64,000 nucleotides of DNA from Clostridia bacterium (lineage in GTDB: Bacteria > Bacillota > Clostridia > Christensenellales > CAG-138), in NCBI GenBank assembly GCA_017523925.1, contig JAFWVQ010000011.1, forward strand, positions 32,731 to 96,730, written 5' to 3'. The notes under the pieces were generated by a model. The model saw only the letters and a program-made list of their open reading frames with translations. It did not search any database and had not been told where the DNA came from. The position numbers and the translations under genes are program-made. Shown here one piece after another: positions 45,655 to 56,025 of the stretch; positions within the stretch are counted from its first letter, which is position 1, and every line of letters begins with the position of its first letter.

Positions 45655-46773
45655 TCAGAGATTTTTCAGCGAGTAGAGCATCGTCTGCCCGTCCTTTATC
45701 AGAAGGATGTTGCCGTCGTCAAGCTTAACGGCGTCATCCGGCGGCGTGCCGAGCGGAAGCTCCGCCTTGACCTCGCCGCTGATATCGCGAACGATCAGCC
45801 GATCGCCCTTCAGGGCGACCACCTTGCCGCCCATCACGAAAATGCGCGAAGCGTCCGCATCCGCAGCAAGGTTCAGCACGGTCTCGTTTGCCTCGCCCTC
45901 GCGCACCTCGATCACGCGGGCCGGCTCGCCCTCGTCCGCGCTCTTGCGAACGAGCAGATACGCCCTTCCGTCGGCGGCGCAGAAGTCCTCGCAGTCATAG
46001 CCGCGCACGAGCATGCGGTAAGCCTCGGTGTTTGAAGCGCGCTCGAAGCGGATGAAGCTGTCCGTCGCGAAAACGAAAACGCTTTTGCCCGTGATAAAAA
46101 CGTTCTTCACGACCTCGCCGCGGATGTTCATAACGCCCGTGATGCTCTCGCGCGCCAGGTCGTAGGTGGTGAGCGTGGTGGAAACGGCGCTGCCGCTCAC
46201 CGCCAGCTCGCAGGTGTACATAGCGGAGCTCGCGCCGCCCTCGAAGCCGAAGTCGAGCAGCACCGTGCTGCCGATATCCGCCTTATAGCAGCGGTCGCCC
46301 GCCGAATTGAAAACGCTCAGCGAATGGGTGTTGTCCGCATTTTCAACGTAAACGCCCACGTATTTGCCGCCGCAGACCACCTTTCTTATAACGCCCTCGA
46401 AGGTGTGCTCATACGGCGTTCCGACGATCTGCACCGATGAGGCGTCGTACAGCACCTTGATGCGGTCCGTGCCCGCGGCATGCGCGCCCGAAACGCCGGT
46501 ATCGGTCGAAAAATTCTTGCTTTCATCGGCGATGCTGTAAAAATCCAGCGTCCTTTCGCCCGTGCAGAGGAAGCCGTCGCCCGTGTAGCAGTATGCGGAG
46601 GAGGCGGTGAAGGGAAGGCTGCGCTTCGAGCCGCTCGTTTTGCACGAGCGCACAAGCGCAACTATCGCAAATATGATCGCGCCGAGCAGCAGCAGGGCGG
46701 CGCAGGCAACTATCAGCCTGCGGCGCAGCACCCGCGCACGGCGATTCTTTTTTCTGTTTGTTGAAACCGGCAT
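45655..46773 (-). CDS. Hypothetical membrane-anchored protein
   Basis: Basic N-terminus plus a TM segment (RRRLIVACAALLLLGAIIFAIVALV), followed by a beta-rich ~320-aa domain. I recognise no motif. Confidence 0.6.
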   Translation of the reverse strand: MPVSTNRKKNRRARVLRRRLIVACAALLLLGAIIFAIVALVRSCKTSGSKRSLPFTASSAYCYTGDGFLCTGERTLDFYSIADESKNFSTDTGVSGAHAAGTDRIKVLYDASSVQIVGTPYEHTFEGVIRKVVCGGKYVGVYVENADNTHSLSVFNSAGDRCYKADIGSTVLLDFGFEGGASSAMYTCELAVSGSAVSTTLTTYDLARESITGVMNIRGEVVKNVFITGKSVFVFATDSFIRFERASNTEAYRMLVRGYDCEDFCAADGRAYLLVRKSADEGEPARVIEVREGEANETVLNLAADADASRIFVMGGKVVALKGDRLIVRDISGEVKAELPLGTPPDDAVKLDDGNILLIKDGQTMLYSLKNL

Positions 46774-46861
46774 TATAAGCTCTCTTTTTCAAATTTTCGT
46801 TTTAGGCACGGGCTCCTCGACCGCCGAACGCCGACCGCTGCCTGCCGACCGCCAAACGCTG

Positions 46862-47854
46862 TCACGGGCGCAGAATGCGCACCGCTCCTGGAAGGAGCCT
46901 GCATTCGAGCGGCGTGCTCTCGATCAGCTCGCCGTCGAGCTGCACTATGTTTTCCTCGTCGGTGACCACGCGAACGCTGCTTGCGCTCGTGTAGATGACC
47001 CGCCTGTTATTTATATGCCTGCCCTTGATGAAGGAGGGCAGAAGCGTCAGGATCCGGAAAAAGCCGAGGTAATCCGCGATGCAAACGTCGAAAAGGCCGT
47101 CGTCGGGCTCCGCTCCGGGGGCAACCAGCATACCGCCGCCGAAGCGCCTGCCGTTGCAGATATCCACCAGCAGCGCGTCCTTGACGAGCTCCTCGCCGCC
47201 GTCCAGCGTGATGCGGCAGCGCACCCTGCGCTTATGCAGTATCGCGTCCACGATGCCGAGCAGGTAGGGGAGCATGCCGCTGCGTCCCTTCTTGTGCCGC
47301 TCGGTCCTTGCAAGCACGTCCACGTCGAAGCCGATGCCGCAAACGTTTGCAAAAAGCCTGGAGTTCGCCATGCCGAGGTCGGTGGGCTTCGCCTCGCCCG
47401 AGATCAGCAGCTCTGCGGCGGCCTCGTCGTTTTCGGGTATCCTCAGCACGCTCGCAAAGTCGTTGCCGGTGCCGAAGGGCAGTACGCCCAGAACGGCGTT
47501 CGTGCCGGCGAGCGCCGAAGCGGTCTCTCTTAGGGTGCCGTCGCCGCCCACGGAAACGATCGTTTCATAGCCGTCCCGCACGCATCGCGCGGCGAGCTCC
47601 TCGGCATGGCCTGCGGCGCGTGTGTAAAAAACCTCGAACGGAACTCCTTTTTTTGCGAAAAACGCCTCCACCTTTTCGAAGCGCTCCGCGCATTTGCCCG
47701 AGCCCGCCGTCGGATTCACTATGAAGGCAAGGCGGCGCCTGCCCTCGGGGTCGGAAGCAGGGGAAGGGGAAGGGGCAGGGTAAGGGTAAGGATTAGTTTT
47801 TCCGTGTTGCTCGGAAAAAATGCCCGAAGGCGCGGTTTCGCTGTTTTTTTCCAT
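46862..47854 (-). CDS. Diacylglycerol/lipid kinase family protein (YegS/DagK-like), copy 1
   Basis: LAFIVNPTAGSGK and IVSVGGDGTLRE motifs. I place the start at ATG 47854 (GGAGGT 7 nt upstream). Confidence 0.85.
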   Translation of the reverse strand: MEKNSETAPSGIFSEQHGKTNPYPYPAPSPSPASDPEGRRRLAFIVNPTAGSGKCAERFEKVEAFFAKKGVPFEVFYTRAAGHAEELAARCVRDGYETIVSVGGDGTLRETASALAGTNAVLGVLPFGTGNDFASVLRIPENDEAAAELLISGEAKPTDLGMANSRLFANVCGIGFDVDVLARTERHKKGRSGMLPYLLGIVDAILHKRRVRCRITLDGGEELVKDALLVDICNGRRFGGGMLVAPGAEPDDGLFDVCIADYLGFFRILTLLPSFIKGRHINNRRVIYTSASSVRVVTDEENIVQLDGELIESTPLECRLLPGAVRILRP

Positions 47855-47995
47855 AGGGGTACCTCCGAAGGCGCGCGCGTATGCCCAAAGGCGGCTCATG
47901 CACGCCGAACGCGCACATTCACCCGACAATATAATAACGCATTTACAGAGGTTTTGTCAATACTCGGCGAAAAAGGAAGGAAAGGGAGGGGGAAG

Positions 47996-48275
47996 GTTAG
48001 TGGTTAGTGGTTAGTGGGTAGTGAGAAAAGTGAATAGTGAATAGTGAATAGTTGCGGTGGAAACGCCACGGGCGTTTCGACTATTTATCCACCTCATCCG
48101 TCTTCGCGGAGCGCTGCCCCGCTCAGCCACCTTCCCCTCAAGGGGAAGGCTTTTGGGCGGCGTTTCAAAATCTATTTGAAATTCCGCAGGAATTTCTTCC
48201 TCAATTTCTTCATTAGCCGCAGGCGACTTCATTCCTTCATTAGCAAAGCGACTTCATTCGCCAACGGCGCTGCCT
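47996..48275 (+). repeat. Composite intergenic repeat family, forward orientation, one composite copy
   Basis: GTTAGTG and GAATAGT heptamers, the GGAAACGCCacgGGCGTTTC hairpin, the CCACCTCATCCGTCTTCGCGGAGCG...CCTTCCCCTCAAGGGGAAGG module, GAAATTCCgcaGGAATTTC, and a CTTCATT-spaced tail. Confidence 0.85.
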
Positions 48276-48282
48276 CCGGCGC

Positions 48283-49236
48283 CTACTTCTCCCCATCGGT
48301 GATGACCCTTATCCCGGAGCGGATATTCACGATCCTTGCGCTGCGAACGCCCTTTTCGCATTCGCCGTCCAGCGAAAAATCCACGGGCTCATCGTCCGCC
48401 ATCGTCACCTCCACGGTATTGGCGTGGAAAACGCGGATATGCTCGCATTCGAGCCCGCCGTTCGCGATCGCCGCGATTATCTTCGAGAAGCCAAGCGCAT
48501 CCTCCGCGTAGCGTATGAGAATTATCTCAAACAGCCCGTCGTTCAGTTCAACGAGCTCATCCTTTATCCTCAGCACGCCACCGAGCACGCGGGAATTGCT
48601 GATCGCGCAGAAGCAGAAATCGTCCTCGATCTGCTCGCCGTTTATCACGAAGCGCGCCCTGATCGGGCGAAGCTCGCGCAGCAATTCCATGCCCTTTGCA
48701 AGGTAGGCGAGCATACCGAAAAGGTTTTTGGCGGTCTGAGAGGTGGAGAACGAAACGTTCGTAAACGCGCCGAATGCGCAAACGCTTGCAAAATAGCGCC
48801 CGTTGAAGCTGCCAACGTCGATCGGAACGCTGCTTCCGCGAATTATCGTGGCGATATTCTCGCGCGGCTTTTTCGGTATGCCGAGCGCCACAGCAAAGTC
48901 GTTCGTGCTGCCGCAGGGGATGTAGCCGAACTTCGGCCTGTGGGCCTCGTCGATCTGCATCAGCCCGCTTATCACCTCGTTCGCGGTGCCGTCCCCGCCG
49001 GCGCAGACCACGGTATCCGAGCCCCTGCCGAGCTTTTTAACGTAGTCCGAAGCGGAGCCCCTGCCCGTGGTGGTCACCACCGTGCAAACATGCCCGCTCT
49101 CGCTCAGCGTTTTTATAAGCCCCGGCAAAAGGGAAAGAGAGCGCCCGCCGCCCGCAACCGGGTTTATCACGACCAGCACTCTTTTTTCCCCTGCGTTTGA
49201 AGCAGTTTCGGCTGCATTATTCGGTTTTTCGATCAA
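48283..49236 (-). CDS. Diacylglycerol/lipid kinase family protein, copy 2 (start uncertain: TTG 49236 or GTG 49182)
   Basis: VLVVINPVAGGGR and VVCAGGDGTANE motifs. Confidence 0.85.
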   Translation of the reverse strand: MIEKPNNAAETASNAGEKRVLVVINPVAGGGRSLSLLPGLIKTLSESGHVCTVVTTTGRGSASDYVKKLGRGSDTVVCAGGDGTANEVISGLMQIDEAHRPKFGYIPCGSTNDFAVALGIPKKPRENIATIIRGSSVPIDVGSFNGRYFASVCAFGAFTNVSFSTSQTAKNLFGMLAYLAKGMELLRELRPIRARFVINGEQIEDDFCFCAISNSRVLGGVLRIKDELVELNDGLFEIILIRYAEDALGFSKIIAAIANGGLECEHIRVFHANTVEVTMADDEPVDFSLDGECEKGVRSARIVNIRSGIRVITDGEK

Positions 49237-49274
49237 GCCTTCCGTAGCGCAGTCCTTTCAGAAGGTAGTATGGC

Positions 49275-50459
49275 TTATCTGCCGTAGAGATATGAGAGCA
49301 GCTTGCTCCTGTTTGCCGGGATATCGAGCTTGATAACGTACATTCCGCGCTCGACAGCATACTGCCAAGTGCCCTCGAACGGGAAGGAGCGGCCCTCAAA
49401 CTTCAGCCCGCCGCCGAAAACGAGGTCCACGCCGAGCGAGACCATGTTTTCAACGCCCAGATTGCTGTCCAGCTTATCCACGAAGCTGTACATCAGCGCC
49501 ATCAGCGCAACGGGGTTGGGCTCCTGCTTCGCCCTGTTGAAGATGGCCTTCAGTATGTCCAAATGGCGCTGTGACCTTGCCCAAACGTGGTTGCCGACGG
49601 TGCGGTTCCTCGCGTGGCGCAGCGCCTGCGCGCCGTTGAGATGATGCACGCCCGCACGGACCGGAAGCCTGTTGCTTGAAACGCCGCGGTTGATCCACTG
49701 CACCTCCTTCACGCTCAGCTCGAGATCGATGCCTCCAACCGCGTCCACAAGCCTCGGCATTGTGGTGAAGTCAACTCGCATGTAATGCTGGATATCCAAG
49801 CCGAAGTTGACGTTTATCGTGTTCATCGCAAGGCCGACTCCGCCATAGCGGAAAGCGGTGTTTATCCTGTTCCACTTATCGCGGCCGGGGATGTAGATAT
49901 AGGTGTCGCGGATGATGGAGACCAGCTTCACCGTGCGCGCTTTTCTATTATATGACGCGATGACCATAACGTCCGTTCGGCCGTGGTCGCGGTCGTCCGC
50001 GCGCGCATCGTTGCCAAGGATCAGTATGTTCAAAACGTCCTTGTCGATCTGCGGAACGTAGTGTATGCCGTCGTTGCCCGGCGTCAGCTCGCTCGGGTCG
50101 AAGGGACGGTTGTCCGGATCGTTCGGATCGTCGTCCGGATCGGGAACGCTGTCCACCATCCTCTCCTCATCGGGGGAGAAGGTGACGCTCGGCACGTCGT
50201 CCGGTATTGTGACATAGTCGGGCTGCTCGACCTCCACAAGCTCGGGCGGCGCCGCCGTTTCATCGGGCAGCACTATCGCCGTTGGGATGAAGGGCGGGGC
50301 ATTGCGATCCATATTTTTTAGCTTGAAATAGAAGAAAAGCAGAATGCCGATAACGATAAGCAGGATCGCGCCGAGAATTATGAGGATTATCGGCAGCACC
50401 CTTCTCTTTTTTTTGTTCTGTTTTTTGCGCCTTTTCTGCGCCTGTGAATAAGTTTCCAT
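49275..50459 (-). CDS. LCP (LytR-CpsA-Psr) family protein
   Basis: Basic N-terminus plus a TM segment, then NILILGNDARADDRDHGRTDVMVIASYN...VSIIRDTYIYIPG...NTAFRYGG, which is typical of LCP phosphotransferases. Confidence 0.85.
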   Translation of the reverse strand: METYSQAQKRRKKQNKKKRRVLPIILIILGAILLIVIGILLFFYFKLKNMDRNAPPFIPTAIVLPDETAAPPELVEVEQPDYVTIPDDVPSVTFSPDEERMVDSVPDPDDDPNDPDNRPFDPSELTPGNDGIHYVPQIDKDVLNILILGNDARADDRDHGRTDVMVIASYNRKARTVKLVSIIRDTYIYIPGRDKWNRINTAFRYGGVGLAMNTINVNFGLDIQHYMRVDFTTMPRLVDAVGGIDLELSVKEVQWINRGVSSNRLPVRAGVHHLNGAQALRHARNRTVGNHVWARSQRHLDILKAIFNRAKQEPNPVALMALMYSFVDKLDSNLGVENMVSLGVDLVFGGGLKFEGRSFPFEGTWQYAVERGMYVIKLDIPANRSKLLSYLYGR

Positions 50460-50476
50460 AGCTTTTGCTGTCGGCC

Positions 50477-51493
50477 TCAGCCGTTCTTATATCCGTTCGG
50501 ATTGTTCTTCTGCCAGTTCCAGGTATCGCGGCACATTTCATCGAGCCCCTTCTCGGCCCTCCAGCCGAGCTTCTTCTCGGCAAGAGCGGGGTCGGCATAG
50601 ATCATCGCGGCGTCGCCCGCGCGACGGGGCATGATTTGATAGGGTACCCGAACGCCGTTCACGCGCTCGAATGCGTTCACGATTTCCAGCACGCTGTAAC
50701 CGTTGCCGGTGCCGAGGTTGACCGCCTCGCAGCCGGCGTTGTCCATCGCGTAGCCGAGCGCGGCAAGATGCCCCTTTGCAAGGTCCACCACGTGGATATA
50801 GTCCCGAACGCCCGTTCCGTCCGGCGTGGGGTAGTCGTTTCCGAAAACGCCGAGCATCTCGCGCCTGCCCACGGCCACCTGGGAGATGAAGGGCATGAGG
50901 TTGTTCGGTATGCCCTCGGGATCCTCGCCGATAAGGCCGCTCTCATGCGCGCCGATGGGGTTGAAATAGCGCAGCAGCACCACCGAAAGCTCGGGGTCCG
51001 CAATGCAGGCGTCGCGCATGATCTGCTCGCTCATGTATTTCGTCCATCCATAGGGATTGGTGCACCAGCGGGGCGCGCTCTCGTCCACAGGCACGTTATC
51101 GGGAATGCCGTAAACAGTGGCGGAGGAGCTGAAGATGAGCTTCTTAACGCCGAATTCCGCCATCACCTCCATGAGGGTGAGCGTGGAGTCGAGATTGTTT
51201 CGATAGTAGCAAAGCGGCTTTGCAACGCTCTCGCCGACAGCCTTGAAGCCCGCGAAATGCACCGCCGCATCGATCCCATTCTCCCTGAAAACCTGCTCGA
51301 GAGCGGGCTTGTCGCAGATATTTATTCGGTAAAAAACGGGCTTTTTGCCGCAGATCCTCTCGATGCGCTCCAAAACGCGCTCGCAGGAATTGGAGAGATC
51401 GTCCGCTATCACGACCTCGTGGCCGGCGTTCAGCAGCTCAACTGCGGTATGCGAGCCGATATAGCCCGCGCCTCCCGTCAAAAGCACTTTCAT
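50477..51493 (-). CDS. galE: UDP-glucose 4-epimerase
   Basis: MKVLLTGGAGYIGSHT, an SDR YxxxK region (YGWTKYMSEQI), and a length of 338 aa. Confidence 0.9.
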   Translation of the reverse strand: MKVLLTGGAGYIGSHTAVELLNAGHEVVIADDLSNSCERVLERIERICGKKPVFYRINICDKPALEQVFRENGIDAAVHFAGFKAVGESVAKPLCYYRNNLDSTLTLMEVMAEFGVKKLIFSSSATVYGIPDNVPVDESAPRWCTNPYGWTKYMSEQIMRDACIADPELSVVLLRYFNPIGAHESGLIGEDPEGIPNNLMPFISQVAVGRREMLGVFGNDYPTPDGTGVRDYIHVVDLAKGHLAALGYAMDNAGCEAVNLGTGNGYSVLEIVNAFERVNGVRVPYQIMPRRAGDAAMIYADPALAEKKLGWRAEKGLDEMCRDTWNWQKNNPNGYKNG

Positions 51494-51523
51494 TTTTATT
51501 TCTCCTTTCTTCGGTTCAAAAGT

Positions 51524-52081
51524 TTATTTTTCGATAAGCTCCGTTTTCAAAACGCCCACGTAGGGCAGGTTACGGTAGAGCTGGGCATAGTCCAGCCCGT
51601 AGCCCACCACGAACTCATCCGGCACGATGAAGCCGCAGTAATCCGGCTGTATCGCGCAGCGGCGGCGCTCGGGCTTATCGAGCAGAGTGACTATCTTGAG
51701 CGAAGCCGGATTTCGCGCCGCAAGCATGTTTGTGAGATAATTGAGCGTAACGCCCGAATCCATGATGTCCTCCACCAGGATAACGTGGCGGTTGGTGATG
51801 TTTTTGTCAAGATCCTTGATGATCTTCACAACGCCGGTGTTGACCGTTCCGTCCCCGTATGCGGAGCTGGAGAGGAAGTCGATCTCGCAGTAATCCTCGA
51901 ATTCGCGCACAAGATCGCTGAAGAAATGCACCGAGCCCTTCAGCACGCAAACGAAGATGGGATCGAGCCCCTTGTATTCCTTCGTGAGCAGCTTGCCGAG
52001 CTCGCGCGTTTTGTCCCGAAGCTCCTCCTCCGAAACGAGCACCTTTGCAACGTCGTTATGAAGTCCTGTTCTCCTAAGCAT
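51524..52081 (-). CDS. hpt: Hypoxanthine phosphoribosyltransferase
   Basis: PRPP motif VILVEDIMDSGVTL, with classic tilS-hpt synteny. Confidence 0.9.
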   Translation of the reverse strand: MLRRTGLHNDVAKVLVSEEELRDKTRELGKLLTKEYKGLDPIFVCVLKGSVHFFSDLVREFEDYCEIDFLSSSAYGDGTVNTGVVKIIKDLDKNITNRHVILVEDIMDSGVTLNYLTNMLAARNPASLKIVTLLDKPERRRCAIQPDYCGFIVPDEFVVGYGLDYAQLYRNLPYVGVLKTELIEK

Positions 52082-52201
52082 GGTTTTTCCCCCTTATTAT
52101 GATTGTGGTTTTATTTTCTTTTAACCGTTATAAGGTCGATCATCGATCAGTTTTGCAAGGTTTTTCGCCGCTTTCTTCGGTTTTTCGCCGTTCTGCTGCG
52201 C

Positions 52202-53767
52202 TCACTGCTCCTGCTCGGAAAGCTCCTTCCTTCCGATGTACTCTATGCGCAGTATCCTGCGGGTATCATGGGTCAGCTTCACTTCATCGGCAATTACGAA
52301 GCCGGGGATGAATACGATCTCTCCGCCGCTTATCACAAGAGGGATGGAATCCCTTATCTCGTGATCGACCCTTCTTGAGATAAAGAAGTTTTTGAGCTTC
52401 ATTCTCCATTTGGAGTTCACCGGATGGAAGCGGTCCCCCTCGCGCCTCGTGCGAACGCTGAGCGTGCCGGGCAGCTTATCCATATCGATGAAGGCGATAT
52501 TCGTATCCGCAAGTATGCGTTCATTGAACTGCAGCATCTCCTCACGGCTCGCTTCCTCAGCTGAGGGCGGCTGCTCCATGCTCAGGCGAAAATACCCGAG
52601 CGGCGTTTTGATAACGCCTTCCGCGATGCCGATAGGGAATCCCTCCTCATTCGAAGTGTAATCGCCTATAAGCGCCGTGAAGCCCTTCACCTCGGTTTTT
52701 TTCCTGCCTCCATCGGTCTTTTCGATCACAAGATCGCCGAAAACCATGCGCGCACGCGCCGAGGGCAGGTCAATGCCGGTCCCGGACTGCTTTTTCAAAA
52801 GTCCGCAGATCGCGTCTATATGCGTCTGCTCCGCATCGATCAGCGCGTTGTTTTCAAGCAGCGCGAGCCTTACCGCGCGCTTTCTGATCGGCATGGGAAG
52901 CGCGTTCAGCTTCTTCGCCTCATAGCCCGATGGATTGCGCGCTCCTTCGAGCGCATCCTTCGCGAGCGAGGAAAGATAGCTTTCATCCTCCGTGGCGATC
53001 TCAGCAAGGCGAAGAATGTTTTTGATCGCGTTTCTGTTGATGGAGGAGGTTATCTCCGGAATTATATTGAGCCTCAATGCGTTTCTTGAAGTATCCGCAA
53101 CGAAATTTGTTTCATCCGTGCAGTATTGAAGCCCCTGCTCCTCAAGAAACTCCGTAAGCTCGCTTTTTTTGAACTCAAGCAGCGGGCGTATTATGAAGGT
53201 TTTATCATCGGGATCGGTGCTGTCGGAATAGTCGTCGAGCTTATCCATCCTTTCGCCGCCGGCGCTCAAGAGCGGGATTATCTCCCTGTCGGATATGGGC
53301 TTCATTCCGCAGATGCCGGCAAGCCCCGATCCTCTGAATATATGCATGAGTATGCTCTCGGCATTATCCTCGGCATGGTGGGCTGTGGCGATGGAGGATG
53401 CGCCGATCTTTTTCGCGGTTTCGTAGAGGAAGCGGTAGCGCAGTATCCGCGCCGCCGTTTCGATCGAAGCGCCCGTTCTCGCGCCGTAGGAAAGCACATC
53501 CTCCATTTTGGAATAAAACGGAATGTTCAGCGAAGCGCAGATCTTGCGGCAGAACTCCTCGTCCCTGTCCGAGTTCGACTTTCTTATGCAGTGGTTGTAA
53601 TGCGCAGCGGCAAGCTTGAAGCCATGCTCCTTTTTAAGCTCGTTCAATACATAAATAAGGGAGGTGGAATCCGCGCCCCCGCTGAACGCGGCCAGCACCG
53701 TGTCCGTGCTTTTTATAAGCGAGTGCTTTTTTATGTATTGCGCTGTTTTTTCAATTATGTCAGACAC
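52202..53767 (-). CDS. tilS: tRNA(Ile)-lysidine synthetase
   Basis: PP-loop AAFSGGADSTSL. It has a C-terminal TilS substrate-binding region (GDRFHPVNSKWRMKLKNFF). Confidence 0.9.
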   Translation of the reverse strand: MSDIIEKTAQYIKKHSLIKSTDTVLAAFSGGADSTSLIYVLNELKKEHGFKLAAAHYNHCIRKSNSDRDEEFCRKICASLNIPFYSKMEDVLSYGARTGASIETAARILRYRFLYETAKKIGASSIATAHHAEDNAESILMHIFRGSGLAGICGMKPISDREIIPLLSAGGERMDKLDDYSDSTDPDDKTFIIRPLLEFKKSELTEFLEEQGLQYCTDETNFVADTSRNALRLNIIPEITSSINRNAIKNILRLAEIATEDESYLSSLAKDALEGARNPSGYEAKKLNALPMPIRKRAVRLALLENNALIDAEQTHIDAICGLLKKQSGTGIDLPSARARMVFGDLVIEKTDGGRKKTEVKGFTALIGDYTSNEEGFPIGIAEGVIKTPLGYFRLSMEQPPSAEEASREEMLQFNERILADTNIAFIDMDKLPGTLSVRTRREGDRFHPVNSKWRMKLKNFFISRRVDHEIRDSIPLVISGGEIVFIPGFVIADEVKLTHDTRRILRIEYIGRKELSEQEQ

Positions 53768-53810
53768 TTTTTTTAAACCATACCCATTATTTCAATTTTC
53801 GAGCTTTTTT

Positions 53811-54344
53811 TCACAGCTTTTCCCTGTGCAGGGGATTGTAGACCATCCTGCCCTTTTCGCGGATGCTCTCAAAAAGCGTTACGGATTGGACCGTGAAGCT
53901 CGTTTTGAAGGAGATATCCCGCATCTCGGCCGAAACGAGCTCATCATGCTCCACGTTTCGCCCGAGAGTGATATGCGGGATGAACCTTTGGTAATCCCTG
54001 TTGAAGCCGTTGTCCGCAAGCGCGGATTCGAGCTTTTCGCGCAGCATGCAAAGCTCCTCCGTTTCGCCGCCAACGGTGATGAAGGAGGTTTTTTTCTCGC
54101 CCTTCTCGAAGAAATCATAGCTCTCGGGCTTGAGCGTGAAGGGACGTATCCCCGCGCATGCCGAGCGGATCGCGTTCACCGCGCCGACGAGGTCGTCGCT
54201 CTCGCCGATGAAATGCAGCGTTACGTGCATATTATCCTCGGTGGTGAACCTGCCTCCGCTTGAGCGCGAGCGCAGCTCACGAAGCGCGCCTGAAAGCTCG
54301 CTGCGAACGGCCTTTGGAAGCTCTATTGCTATAAAAATTCTCAT
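53811..54344 (-). CDS. thpR: RNA 2',3'-cyclic phosphodiesterase (2H phosphoesterase, ThpR/LigT)
   Basis: Two HxT/S motifs: HVTLHF and HITLGR. Confidence 0.8.
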   Translation of the reverse strand: MRIFIAIELPKAVRSELSGALRELRSRSSGGRFTTEDNMHVTLHFIGESDDLVGAVNAIRSACAGIRPFTLKPESYDFFEKGEKKTSFITVGGETEELCMLREKLESALADNGFNRDYQRFIPHITLGRNVEHDELVSAEMRDISFKTSFTVQSVTLFESIREKGRMVYNPLHREKL

Positions 54345-55852
54345 TCCTTATCCAATCCGTAGATCGCGGTATATTTTTCGGTCAGATAATCGATGAAATA
54401 CTGCGGATCGAAATCCTTTCCGGTGGCGGCTCTCACCGCGTCGCCGGGCTTAAGGAGCCTGCCGAACCTGTATATCCTCTCGGTCAGCCATGCGGTGATC
54501 TCGTTTATGCGGTCATTCTTGATAAGCTCATCGAAATCAAGATCCTTTTTGATAGCCTCGACCATTTGAGCGCCGTAGGCGGAGCCGAGCGCGTAGCTCG
54601 GAAAATACCCGATCATGCCGCCGCCCCAGTGAACGTCCTGAAGAATACCCTCTCTGTTGCTCGGGACCTCTATGCCGAGATACTCCTTATATAGCCTGTT
54701 CCACTCGGCGGGCAGCTCGTCCACAGTGATCTCGCCGTGCATCATGCGCTTTTCAAGCTCGTAGCGAACCATGATATGCATCGCGTAGGTCAGCTCATCC
54801 GCATTCATGCGCTTGAGCGAGGGCTGCGCCTTGTTCACCGCAAGATAGAATTCATCAAGGCTGACGTCCTTATACTGCTCGGGGAAAAGCTCCTTGATTT
54901 TCGGGAAGAGGATCTCCACGAAAGCCCTGCTCCTGCCGATGATGTTTTCATAGAAGCGGGACTGGGATTCATGCACGCTCATGGAGGTGCCGCCCGCGAG
55001 CGCCGTGTCGATGAGATCGTCGCCGATGTTTAATTCATACAGCGCATGACCGCCCTCATGGATAACGGAATAGAGGTTGCTGATAAGTCTTTCCTCGTGA
55101 TAATGCGTGGTTATGCGCACGTCGTGCTTATCCAGCTCGAGCGTGAACGGATGCTCGGACTCGGCTATGGCGCAGTCGTCGCGGCTTATGTGCATAAGCT
55201 GCATAACGTAGTCCGAAAGCCTGCGCTGCAGCTCGATCGGGCAGTGCCTCTCAAGGAAATCGGTGCGGATGATATCGCCCCTTTCGCTTACGCGCTTAAT
55301 AAGCGGAACGATCGAAGCGCGCACCTTGTCGAAGAACGCATCCAGCGTTTTTGTGCTGAGCTCCTGCTCATATTGATCGAGCCAGTAGTCGTAGGGATCC
55401 ATATCGGGCGCAACGAGCGAAGCCACGCGCCTGTGGAAGGCGATTATCTTTTCAAGATAGGGCGCGAAGATCGAATAATCATCGTTTCTTTTCGCCTGCA
55501 CCCATGCGTTTTGGGAGTAAGTTAGCGTTTTTCTGTACTCGGTGTACTCCTCAATCGGGATGTGGCGTATCTGCGAGAGCGACTGCACCGCAAGCTCCAC
55601 CTCGCGCGCGGTTATGGCGTCGAGCTTATCCTTATTTGAGCTCAAGGTGTCGAGAACCTCGAAATACTCTTCGTTCACGGTGAGCTTGTAGGTGATGCCG
55701 CTGAATATCTCGGATGCCTTCGCCCTTCCCATGACGGAGTTTTTCGGAGCCGCCGTTTCGCTGTCAAAGGTTATTACACCCATCGCATAGGTGTAGGCGT
55801 TTGAGAGCTTGATTATCTCCTTGAACCTTTCAAGCGCTTTGTTGAATTCCAT
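54341..55852 (-). CDS. M32 carboxypeptidase (Taq-type)
   Basis: Zinc motif HEGGHALYE. Length 503 aa, with M32-typical HESQSRFYEN and DVHWGGG. Confidence 0.85.
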   Translation of the reverse strand: MEFNKALERFKEIIKLSNAYTYAMGVITFDSETAAPKNSVMGRAKASEIFSGITYKLTVNEEYFEVLDTLSSNKDKLDAITAREVELAVQSLSQIRHIPIEEYTEYRKTLTYSQNAWVQAKRNDDYSIFAPYLEKIIAFHRRVASLVAPDMDPYDYWLDQYEQELSTKTLDAFFDKVRASIVPLIKRVSERGDIIRTDFLERHCPIELQRRLSDYVMQLMHISRDDCAIAESEHPFTLELDKHDVRITTHYHEERLISNLYSVIHEGGHALYELNIGDDLIDTALAGGTSMSVHESQSRFYENIIGRSRAFVEILFPKIKELFPEQYKDVSLDEFYLAVNKAQPSLKRMNADELTYAMHIMVRYELEKRMMHGEITVDELPAEWNRLYKEYLGIEVPSNREGILQDVHWGGGMIGYFPSYALGSAYGAQMVEAIKKDLDFDELIKNDRINEITAWLTERIYRFGRLLKPGDAVRAATGKDFDPQYFIDYLTEKYTAIYGLDKE

Positions 55853-55884
55853 ACTGAATACCCTCCGATAAATAATTTATTTTT

Positions 55885-56015
55885 ATTTTAAATCCCTCCG
55901 GATCCTAAATACAACCCATTGACTATCAACTTTTCATCCACAACTATTCACTATTCACTATTAACTTTTCATTGATTTGAAGAAATTCCTCCGGAATTTC
56001 ATCCTCAACTATTCA
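55885..56015 (-). repeat. Composite intergenic repeat family, reverse orientation (one good unit plus one degenerate unit)
   Basis: TTTGAAGAAATTCCtccGGAATTTCATCCTCAACTATTCAC, preceded by CAACTATTCACTATTCACTATTAAC. It ends about 10 nt before the dnaN stop. Confidence 0.8.
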
Positions 56016-56025
56016 CTAATAAGGA

